A stretch of 64,000 nt of DNA from Ostreococcus lucimarinus (taxonomy: Eukaryota). A program made the position numbers and the translations under genes. Shown here one piece after another: positions 21,219-29,362 of this stretch (positions within the stretch are counted from its first letter, which is position 1; every line of letters starts with the position of its first letter). The notes below the pieces were generated by a model that saw nothing but the letters and a program-made list of their open reading frames with translations, was not told the origin of the DNA and did not search any database. The stretch lies in NCBI GenBank assembly GCA_000092065.1, contig CP000597.1; one strand, 5' to 3'.

Positions 21219-24200
21219 TTAATCGGACTCGACGCTCGGCGGTGCGCGCGGACGACGACGACGAATGCCCGCGCCGCGTTGAGTGGCGAGAGATTTACGC
21301 GATCGACGCGCCGGAGATGGGTCGTCGTCGTCGGGGGGGGCGTCGGCGGCGTCGGCGGGCGCGCGCGCGCGCGGAGACGCGCGAGACGGCGGACGCGCGG
21401 CGACGCGAGCGCCGGCGACGCGCGCGACGACGGGGGGGGGCGGGGACGGTGTTGACGGTGTTGACGGTGTTGACGGTGTTGACGGTGATGGTTCGAGCAT
21501 GCCGTATCCGGTGCGTCGAACGGGGGCGGGAGGTTTGGGGACGGAGGCGCCGACGGATTTCATCTCGGGCTTGAACGTGCCGTCGGGGTGTCGCTGGCTT
21601 TCGGCGCCTTGAATGACGAGACGCGAGCCGTCTTGGGCGACGGAGACGTCGTCGTCGGCGAGTGCGCGGATGTGAAAACCAGACATGCCGGAGTCGGACA
21701 TGTCTTCGTCCGAGGCGACGTCCATGAGCGTGAGACCGGCGTCGTCGTAGAGCGTCTTGGCTAAAAACGCGGCGCGTCTGCCGGTGGTTCTCGTCGCGGA
21801 CTCCTCGTCGCACACCTGTTTCCAATCGTACCACGGTATGAATACCGTGGTCCAACCGTTGGTGTCGAGGTAGTGATAACGAATGTTATACGTCCCCGTG
21901 CCGTCGGGTCGCTTCCCCGACATGCGGCGGTTTTGGATGTTTCTCGCAAAGTGCGACGGACCGTCCACCTCGATGGCGAGCTTTTTACCCTTGAGTGCGA
22001 TGTCGAGGGAGAACAAACCGTCTTCGGTGATGTATTCAATTTCGTGTGGCACGCCCATGTTCGTCAGCGTATCGCTCACCTCGCGATGAAACTGACTGAT
22101 GACAACCTTGCTCGATCCGCGCTTCCACGCCGATAACATGTCCTCAATCATCTGCGGGTCGGTGACGAGCGGTCCGTAGGGCGAACACTTTTCAAACAAG
22201 TAATTCGCTTGGAAAAACTGCGTCAAGTCGATGTCCGAAATCGTGGTGGAGTAGTACATTTCCACGATCTTCGCCCTGTAGTTGTCTACGACCCATTCAT
22301 CCGGCCAAAACCCGAGCGTGGCAAAGGCTAAAATCGAATTCGTCACGCCTTGGGTGGGGAAATTCGTCACGCGAGCGCCCAGCTGACTCGCGATTTCACT
22401 CATTAACTCCGTCCCTGGATTCACTCCGAGCTGACCGTACGCCCAAACCGTGTTGCACAACCCTTGATCGGAGAATCTTTCGTCCTCGCGCAATTCTATG
22501 AGCGCGCGCTCTCTAAAGGCTTGGAGAAATTCATCCCCGGGAACGAACCTCAGCGTCGCCAACGACCACAAGATGTTCGCCAAGCTCTGCGTTTGCAAAT
22601 CTGGATCGCTCTTGAAGTGTTTGATCGCCACTTGAAGGACGCACTCCACGATGCTTGGATCCTCGGGAAGCCAACCGAAATTTGCCCACGCCCACAAGGT
22701 GTTCGAGACTTGCGTCAACGCCACTTCGTCGTGCTGCCCGACGCGAAGGTACAACTCTGCGACTTGCGTGAGCACTTCATTTCCTGGGTTGAACCGCAGG
22801 CTGGCGTACGACCAAAGCAAATTGCTACACTCACTGATGTACACGTCCGTCGCTAACGCGGACCAACGCGCCGTGGCGGCTTCGAGCATCTTCATCGAAG
22901 GCGTGTACTCGAGCGTCGCCAGCGCCCACAGCGTGTTCGCCAAACCTTGACAAACAAACGCGTTTGCCTTACGCTCTACGTACATGCACAGCGTGTTCAA
23001 GTAATCGCCGTGGCGAGCTCTTAATTTGTGCGGTTCTCCGTCGAGCGTGGCGATCGCCCATAAAGTATTACTCACGCTCTGTGAGCTCCACATGTTTGGA
23101 ACCGCCTTGATGCTCGCGTGCATCTCGTCCAAGAGTTCGTCGAAGACTTCTAGTGGGTCTAAATGCGTCTTCATCGTCGCCAGCGCCCAAACGACGTTTG
23201 AGAACTCCATGGATTTAAAATCTTTCAGCTGTCGCCTGATCGCCTGCGAAAACTTGGCGATGGTCTCCGGTTTAAGCGTGTACCCCAGCGTGGCGAACGC
23301 CCACAAAGAGTTGCTAATCCCTTGCGGGGCGAAGTCGTCCATGATGAGGTCGCACCAATATTCGCACTTTTGCACCAGCTCCACGTCTATCTTCTTCGAC
23401 GTGTGCATCGTCGCGTACGCCCACAATACGTTGCTCACGTTCTGCGCCGGTGGGTCGTCGTCGTCCAAGTTTGCGATTCGCCTCACCACGAGAGCGACGG
23501 TTGGGTCGTCGTCCGACGTCGTGATGCCGCAGTGCGCGGAGCCCCACAAAATCGCGGACAGTTCGCGAGCGTTGAACCGCCCCAACCCCTTCCCGAGCGG
23601 CGATCCGTTTTGCGAAGCGACGAGATACTCGCGCAATTTCTCAAACAACGCGCGAAATCGCGCGTCTTCCACCACCGCGGGATGCCTCGTCGCCGTCGCC
23701 GGCGCTCCGGCTTCGTTCCTCGTCCGCGTCGAGTTCAATTTCCCCACCCGATGCGCCGCCGTCGCCAAGTTCACCACGTTCATGATTTCCAAATTCTCGC
23801 TCGCGAAATCTAACACGTCCTCGACGTCGTCAAACTTGGCGATGATTTGATTATTCTTCACGTACATGTCGCTCCGCTCGCGCTGTCGCACGTTCGTAGG
23901 TTTGTCCCCTCGCGTCCGCTTCTTCGAGTCCGCCGACTTCGATCGCGCCGCGCCCCTCCCCCGCGCGCCCCCACCCCTTCCTCTCCCCCCCGTCCTTCCT
24001 CGCGACGCCGCTTCCCCGTACGCCCCGCTCGTCTCCGCGTTCATCAACCATCGCGCCGCGCCGCCTCCGCGTCCCGTCCCGCTCGACGACGTCGTCGCCT
24101 CTCCCTCCTCCTCCTCATCCATCCCGTTCGCCGTCGCCCGCGCTCGCGTCGCGACGCACCGTTCTCGAGGCGTCGTCATCCATCGCTCGCGCGTCGTCCC

Positions 24201-24344
24201 GTCGCTCTCGCGCGCGTCTCGCCTCGTCGTCGTCCCTCGTCTCGCCGTCGCCGTCGCCGTCGTCGTCGTCGTCGTCGCGCGCGTCCGAGGTCGTCGTCCC
24301 GCGCGCGCGTCCCGCGTCGCGCGCGCGTCGAGCGTCGCCCGCAT
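21219..24344 (-). CDS. Organellar RNA-binding protein: array of FASTK/OPR/heptatricopeptide-like helical repeats followed by a RAP domain
   Basis: At least 12 degenerate ~37-aa repeats with core SN(T/V)LWA(L/F)ATL (e.g. QNVSNVLWAYATM, QGISNSLWAFATLGY, VSNTLWAIATLDG, LANILWSLATLRF). C-terminal RAP domain (…LDIALKGKKLAIEVDGPSHFARN…RYHYLDTNGWTTVFIPWYDW). Thr/Arg-rich N-terminus is plausible as a transit peptide. (PST)n tail. Confidence 0.8.
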   Translation of the reverse strand: MRATLDARATRDARAGRRPRTRATTTTTTATATARRGTTTRRDARESDGTTRERWMTTPRERCVATRARATANGMDEEEEGEATTSSSGTGRGGGAARWLMNAETSGAYGEAASRGRTGGRGRGGGARGRGAARSKSADSKKRTRGDKPTNVRQRERSDMYVKNNQIIAKFDDVEDVLDFASENLEIMNVVNLATAAHRVGKLNSTRTRNEAGAPATATRHPAVVEDARFRALFEKLREYLVASQNGSPLGKGLGRFNARELSAILWGSAHCGITTSDDDPTVALVVRRIANLDDDDPPAQNVSNVLWAYATMHTSKKIDVELVQKCEYWCDLIMDDFAPQGISNSLWAFATLGYTLKPETIAKFSQAIRRQLKDFKSMEFSNVVWALATMKTHLDPLEVFDELLDEMHASIKAVPNMWSSQSVSNTLWAIATLDGEPHKLRARHGDYLNTLCMYVERKANAFVCQGLANTLWALATLEYTPSMKMLEAATARWSALATDVYISECSNLLWSYASLRFNPGNEVLTQVAELYLRVGQHDEVALTQVSNTLWAWANFGWLPEDPSIVECVLQVAIKHFKSDPDLQTQSLANILWSLATLRFVPGDEFLQAFRERALIELREDERFSDQGLCNTVWAYGQLGVNPGTELMSEIASQLGARVTNFPTQGVTNSILAFATLGFWPDEWVVDNYRAKIVEMYYSTTISDIDLTQFFQANYLFEKCSPYGPLVTDPQMIEDMLSAWKRGSSKVVISQFHREVSDTLTNMGVPHEIEYITEDGLFSLDIALKGKKLAIEVDGPSHFARNIQNRRMSGKRPDGTGTYNIRYHYLDTNGWTTVFIPWYDWKQVCDEESATRTTGRRAAFLAKTLYDDAGLTLMDVASDEDMSDSGMSGFHIRALADDDVSVAQDGSRLVIQGAESQRHPDGTFKPEMKSVGASVPKPPAPVRRTGYGMLEPSPSTPSTPSTPSTPSPPPPVVARVAGARVAARPPSRASPRARAPADAADAPPDDDDPSPARRSRKSLATQRGAGIRRRRPRAPPSVESD
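21445..21489 (-). repeat. 9-bp tandem repeat (GACGGTGTT)x4-5 encoding the (PST)n C-terminal tail of the RAP-domain protein
   Basis: gacggtgttgacggtgttgacggtgttgacggtgttgacggtg. Minus-strand translation …PSPSTPSTPSTPSTPSPPPP. Confidence 0.85.
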
Positions 24345-24621
24345 CGCGCGACGTCACGAATCCCCGTGCGTCGCTCGAACGACGCGCTCTTCGCGCGTCG
24401 GCGTCGACGAATCGACGACGGCGCGAATCGAATCGCGCGCGGTGCGCGTGAATGAATCGACGCGAATCGACGCGAATCGCGCGCGCGCGCCGTCGCGACG
24501 CCGCGCTTATGTCGCGCGCTCGACCGACCGCCGCGCGCTCGCGTCGCGCGTCGTCGCGCGATTCGCGCGTCGTCGCGCGCGCGCGAGTCGCGCCGTCGCG
24601 CGCGCGGTCGCGCGGTGTGGT

Positions 24622-24700
24622 CTCCTTTTACCATTTCTACGCCTTACTATACGATATATACAACGCATCATGCGTACACGATCCACCATCACGACATGGA
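24622..24700. promoter_or_regulatory. AT-rich island with TATA-like element (ACGATATATAC, TATATA ~24655-24660) in the divergent region between the RAP-repeat gene (minus, ATG 24344) and the ACT-domain gene (plus)
   Basis: Sharp local drop in GC (…ccatttctacgccttactatacgatatatacaacgcatcatg…) inside otherwise >70% GC sequence. Positioned between two divergently oriented gene starts. Confidence 0.35.
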
Positions 24701-25060
24701 TCACGCGTGTCATCGTACACGTCACACTGTGTGTCCACACCCGTATGTCCGAATTCTCCACCGACGACGCGTCGCGTCGAATCCATCGCTCGGTCGGCAC
24801 GGGGCGACGCGCGCGACAATCGCGATGCGAGCGATGCGGTGCGTTCGAGCGCGATTCGCGCCGATTCGCGACGCGAGCGATTCCGCGCGGCGTCCACGGG
24901 AACGCCGACCGTCGCGCGACGACCGCGCGTCGATCGCGATGACGCGGTCGCGGTGCCGACCGCGCGATGGATTCGAGGCGACGCCGACGGTCGGCGACGA
25001 CGCGACGACGTCGACGCGTCGCGCCGAGGACGCGATTCGAAGAGTCGACGTCTCGCGCGT

Positions 25061-26065
25061 ATGCCGTATGCGCGCGCGGACGGCGCGACGCGCGCACGCG
25101 GAGACGCGCGACGGAGGATCCGTCGCGCGCGCGAGGGGCGCGCGGACGCGCGCGAGACGACGAGGGGCGGCGCGGAGAAGAAGAATAAAACGCCGACGAG
25201 CGACGCGGGTCGAGGACGAAAGAGACCGAACGGGGAAGGGGGAAGAGTGAGACTCGCGCGCGATGACGAAGAGATCGGACGAGGCGATGACGGTGAGACT
25301 GACGAGCGACGCGAACGCGAACGGGCGCGCAGGGCGACGAGGACGGCGACGGCGAACGCGGCGGCGACGGCGCGCGGACGCGCGCGACGAACGACGAAGA
25401 CGCGCGCGGGCGGCGCGTCGGTGGGAACGGAGAAACCGGTGCCGATCGTGATCATAGATAACAAGAGCGATGCGTTCGCCACGGTGGTGGAGGTGTCGTT
25501 CGGAAACTACCTCGGCGAGCTGCTCGACACCGTCGCGGCGCTGAAAAACCTCGGCTTGGACATCAACAAGGGGGACGTGCAAATGTCCGGGGATTCGACG
25601 AAGACGTCGAAATTTTACGTGATCGATCGCGAAAACGGTGAGAAGGTGACCAAGAGCGAGCGCTTGGAGGAGATTCGTCAGACAATCTTGACCAACATGA
25701 TGGCGTTTCACCCGGAAGCCGCCGAGTACATTCAAGCCAAGGCGCCGACGCGCGCGGGGGGCGAGGGGGTCTTGGGTAAGGTGAAGAAGAAGGTGCAAAC
25801 CGGCATCAAGTGCGCCCCGGAGCGGTACCACTCCAAGCTCGAGATCGAAACCACCGATCGACCGGGGTTGTTGGTGGACGTCGTGCGCACGCTCAAGGAT
25901 TTGAGCCTGTGCGTCGTGAGCGCCGAGGTGGACACCATCGGAGATAAGGCGAGCGACATCATCTACGTCACCCATAAAGGTGGGCCGTTGTCGCCGCCGA
26001 TGGAACAACTCGTGGTGAACTCTCTGTCTTACTACTTGTCTCTGACCGAGGAGGAAAGTTACTAA
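25061..26065 (+). CDS. ACT-domain repeat protein (ACR-like regulatory protein); ACT region confident, start codon uncertain
   Basis: Two ACT-type modules (…PIVIIDNKSDAFATVVEVSFGNYLGELLDTVAALKNLGLDI… and …SKLEIETTDRPGLLVDVVRTLKDLSLCVVSAEVDT…). The frame is open back to an ATG at 24452, but a TATA-like AT island at ~24655 lies inside that stretch. I therefore place the start at the next in-frame ATG (25061). Confidence 0.6.
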   Translation: MPYARADGATRARGDARRRIRRAREGRADARETTRGGAEKKNKTPTSDAGRGRKRPNGEGGRVRLARDDEEIGRGDDGETDERRERERARRATRTATANAAATARGRARRTTKTRAGGASVGTEKPVPIVIIDNKSDAFATVVEVSFGNYLGELLDTVAALKNLGLDINKGDVQMSGDSTKTSKFYVIDRENGEKVTKSERLEEIRQTILTNMMAFHPEAAEYIQAKAPTRAGGEGVLGKVKKKVQTGIKCAPERYHSKLEIETTDRPGLLVDVVRTLKDLSLCVVSAEVDTIGDKASDIIYVTHKGGPLSPPMEQLVVNSLSYYLSLTEEESY

Positions 26066-26266
26066 ACGGTTCTGAGAATCTTACGCGTTGACGCGGGTCT
26101 CGACGACGCCGCGAGGGGTGCGTTCGCGAAGCGGCGCTGTAGTCTCGAACAAACTCCAACAAAATGAAATGCTTACTGATCATACCTAACAACACGAACA
26201 TCGCGCTTAATTCGACGACTAGAGGAAATTTTATCAAAACGCTCGGTTCGGGGCGCGCTAAACGCG

Positions 26267-28222
26267 TCAGACGCACGGACAAATGTTTGTGCAGTCGGCG
26301 TGCGCCGCGGCGTACGTGCACGACGCCGGGAGATGGCCGTGAGACGGGCTCAAGAAGCACCGTCCAGAAAGCGCGGAAACGCCACCGCAGTGCTGTGTCT
26401 CGTCGTTGAGCAAGATTTCGTCGCACGCCACGATGTTTCCAGAGCCGTCTGCGCTCGTCGTCCTGGAGATGACGTCGCGGAAATCATTCATAGTGCTCGG
26501 CCACACGTGTTCGGCGCACGTCTTCTGAACCTCGGCGCATCGGGATTCGCACGTTTGCAACGATCCAAACTTGGTTTGAGTCCACTCGATACCGTTCGCC
26601 GTGAGGCGTTGATCGGCCGGGATCGCCTCGACCGGGCCAGATTCTTCCATGGCGCCCATGCCGGCGGCGGCAAACCGGTTAGGATCGACGTTCGCCTTCG
26701 GCGGTTGCGGCGGTTGTTCCACTAGCACCGGCTGTTCCATCAACACCGGTTGCTCCACTTGCGCCGGTTGCTCCACTTGCTCGCCGTAATGATCGTTGTC
26801 GTATTCGCGATCTTGGTATTCGTCCGTCGCCTGCACCACCGGCGCCGTGGACTCCAACGTCGGCTGCGTTTCCACGGGCGGCATCACCGGTGCCGTGGAC
26901 GACGCTTCTACCGGGTTCATCGGAACTTCGGGTAAACCGCCTTGTTCGCACCCGGTGACACCGTAATGGTCGCACACGCACTGAGTGCACGTTTCCCATC
27001 CGTCTTCGTAGCTGATGGATGGATCTTGGTGATCCGTCTTGCAAAATCGACAAGCGCTGTCAGCGTAGCAACCTTGGCCGCCCTCGGTCAGGCATCGCTT
27101 ATCGTACATCAAGTACAAAATCTTGCTATCGCACGTGTTATAGTTGCACGTGAGACCTAAAGCGGCGGAAGCAGTGGACGACGCCGTCAAGAAGCTCGAC
27201 GCCAGTCCTTCGTCTGTCACCTCCGCCACCTGCGGCTCGCTCGAGAATTGTTGCGCAGGCGCCGCTTGCGGTATGTCTGAGAATTCATCATACGCTTGCG
27301 CGGCTTGCACCGGCGCCGCTTGCACCACGGTTGAGGATTGCTCGAGCGTCGGCGTGGCTTGCACCGGCGCCGTCGTTGGCGTGGCTTGCACCGGCGCCGT
27401 CGTCGGCGTGGATTCCAAACCTTCCGGCGTCGGCATCCCCGCGCATCCAGTGCTGAAACCATAATGCTCGCACACGCACGGGTCACAAAGACCCATAGAG
27501 TCCGGAATATCGTTCATACCGCCTTGTTTTTCCATCCCGAGCACGCGGCAGAACCGGCACCCGCTGTCGCCCACGCAACCGATGCCCCCGTTCGCGCACG
27601 CCGGATCGACGTGCTGGAACTTATCTGGACACATGGCCGCGTCGCACGTCGCGCCTTCGGCGATCAACGCCGCGGCACCGTCGACGCCTGAACCCGCGAT
27701 GGGCGTCGAGACGATGCCTGAGCCGACGGCCGCCGCGCCGCTCGCCGCCGCGCCGCTCGCCGCCGCGCCGCTCGAGAAACCGATCGACGAAGACTTAAAA
27801 TTCTCCGCCTCATCCTTGAAAAACTGCGGCACGTCGCCGAGCGCACCGCTGTCCACGTCGTGCGTTCTCGACACCCTCCTCGATCGCTCGGATTCGCTCG
27901 CCGTGTTCCACGCTTCGCCCTCCAACAGCGGATTCGACGCCCCGAGCTCCGTCAGCGCCCCGTCGCGTCTCGCCCCGCCCAACCGCGCCACCGTCTCCTT
28001 CGCTCGGTACCGCCGCGTCAGATCATCGCGAGTTTTCTCATCCAAATCCAACACCGTTCCCTCGTACGCCGCTCCCTCGACCCGTCGCACGCTTCGCTTC
28101 CCCAGCGCCGCGTTCGCGTTCGCGTTCGCGTTCGCCGTCGTCTCCCGCCCCCCCATCGCCGCCATCATCGCCATCATCCCCAGCGACGCCATCGCCGCGC
28201 TCGCCATCGTCCGTCGGTTCAT
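26267..28222 (-). CDS. Secreted cysteine-rich protein with two copies of an unrecognised 10-Cys module plus a third Cys-rich C-terminal region and short proline-rich tandem repeats
   Basis: ATG at 28222 gives MNRRTMASAAMASLGMMAMMAAMGG, plausible as a signal peptide. Module 1: CDAAMCPDKFQHVDPACANGGIGCVGDSGCRFCRV...CDPCVCEHYGFSTGC. Module 2: CNYNTCDSKILYLMYDKRCLTEGGQGCYADSACRFCKT...CTQCVCDHYGVTGC. Cys spacing is identical (C-x4-C-x10-12-C-x6-C-x5-CRFC-x17-20-C-x2-CxC-x7-8-C). Linkers are (APVQATPTT)n and (VEQP)n. Confidence 0.6.
   Translation of the reverse strand: MNRRTMASAAMASLGMMAMMAAMGGRETTANANANANAALGKRSVRRVEGAAYEGTVLDLDEKTRDDLTRRYRAKETVARLGGARRDGALTELGASNPLLEGEAWNTASESERSRRVSRTHDVDSGALGDVPQFFKDEAENFKSSSIGFSSGAAASGAAASGAAAVGSGIVSTPIAGSGVDGAAALIAEGATCDAAMCPDKFQHVDPACANGGIGCVGDSGCRFCRVLGMEKQGGMNDIPDSMGLCDPCVCEHYGFSTGCAGMPTPEGLESTPTTAPVQATPTTAPVQATPTLEQSSTVVQAAPVQAAQAYDEFSDIPQAAPAQQFSSEPQVAEVTDEGLASSFLTASSTASAALGLTCNYNTCDSKILYLMYDKRCLTEGGQGCYADSACRFCKTDHQDPSISYEDGWETCTQCVCDHYGVTGCEQGGLPEVPMNPVEASSTAPVMPPVETQPTLESTAPVVQATDEYQDREYDNDHYGEQVEQPAQVEQPVLMEQPVLVEQPPQPPKANVDPNRFAAAGMGAMEESGPVEAIPADQRLTANGIEWTQTKFGSLQTCESRCAEVQKTCAEHVWPSTMNDFRDVISRTTSADGSGNIVACDEILLNDETQHCGGVSALSGRCFLSPSHGHLPASCTYAAAHADCTNICPCV
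26725..26778 (-). repeat. 18-bp tandem repeat x3 encoding (VEQPxL/VEQPPQ) linker repeats in the Cys-rich secreted protein
   Basis: caccggctgttccatcaa / caccggttgctccacttg / cgccggttgctccacttg read directly. Confidence 0.8.
27354..27407 (-). repeat. 27-bp tandem duplication encoding (TAPVQATPT) repeats in the Cys-rich secreted protein
   Basis: gtggcttgcaccggcgccgtcgttggc / gtggcttgcaccggcgccgtcgtcggc, one mismatch. Confidence 0.85.
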
Positions 28223-29253
28223 CCGCAGTCCCTCCCCCGCGCCCTCGCTCGCGCCTCGCGCGTCTCGCGCGTCGTCGTCGTCGCTCTCGCGTCGTCGTCG
28301 CGCGTCCCGATCGTCGTCGCGTCGGCCCAGCAGCGACGCCGATTCCGACGCCCGCGCCGCATCGCGCGATCGCGCGTCGTCCGGTGCGCGCATGCTCGGC
28401 GCGCGCGTCGTCGTCGTCCGCGCCGTCGCGCGTCGTCGAGCGTCGCGCGATGCGAGACGGTACCACAACTTTAGTGTTGGCGAAACCACGAAATCCCGTC
28501 CCGCGCGCGTCACCGAACCCGATCGGCGTCGCCCGCCGTGTCTCTGGTATACGGGTACACGCACCGTTCTCATATGAACGCCGAGGTACTATAATACCTC
28601 TAATAACGCTCTATGAAAGGTGCGAGCGGGACGCCCGACCGACCCCTCGTGCGTGTCCGAATGTCCGATCGTCCCCGAATGTCCGAATATCCGAATAATC
28701 CCATCCGTATGCGCGAGCAGTCCGACGCGAAGACCGACCCAAGCGCGGCATCCATCCATCGATGCCCCACTCTTCGACGGCGATTCGCGACGCCGGTCGA
28801 CCCGTGGACGCCGCAGACGCCGACGGACGCCGCCGAGCGCGAAGAGCGGACGGTGTGCGACGCGAACACAACGCGACGACGCGACGACGCGAATCCGGAC
28901 GCGCGACGACGAGGACGCGCTCGAGCGCGCGCGAACGCTGACTGGACGCCGCGTCGGCGCGGCGCGCGACGAAGCGAACGCGCGATGGGGCTCGAGACGG
29001 CGCTGCTGAGGAACCACGAGCGGTTGGGGAAGATCGCGCTCACGGGAGGGTTCGCGTTCGGGTTCGCGTACACGACGAAGACGGGGACGAGTCCGCTCGC
29101 GGGATGGGGATGGACGCCGCGGACGCGCGAGGCGAGCGCGCGCGCGGCGACGGCGAACGATTGATGATTGTTGTTGTTGTAAAAAGAATGGGTTTGTACG
29201 CACGACGATGGCGCGCGGTGATCGACGCGCGCGGTTTGACTAGGGCTAAGATG

Positions 29254-29292
29254 AACGAACGAACGAACGAACGAACGAATGAATGAATGAAC
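29254..29292. repeat. (GAAC)6(GAAT)3 compound microsatellite in the intergenic region between the Cys-rich protein gene and the permease gene
   Basis: gaacgaacgaacgaacgaacgaacgaatgaatgaatgaacg read directly. Confidence 0.9.
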
Positions 29293-29362
29293 GCGTCGGG
29301 GCGCGCCGGCGCCCTCGGCGGCGCGACGCGCGAGGAGAAATATTTCGACGTCTCGGACGCGC

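Noticed and set aside
21445-21489. 9-bp x4 tandem repeat and the 42-bp x2 repeat at 61031-61110 as possible CRISPR-like arrays
   Set aside because: Units are contiguous with no spacers and have too few copies. The 9-bp repeat is in-frame coding sequence, (PST)n, of a eukaryotic gene. No cas-like genes. Eukaryotic context.
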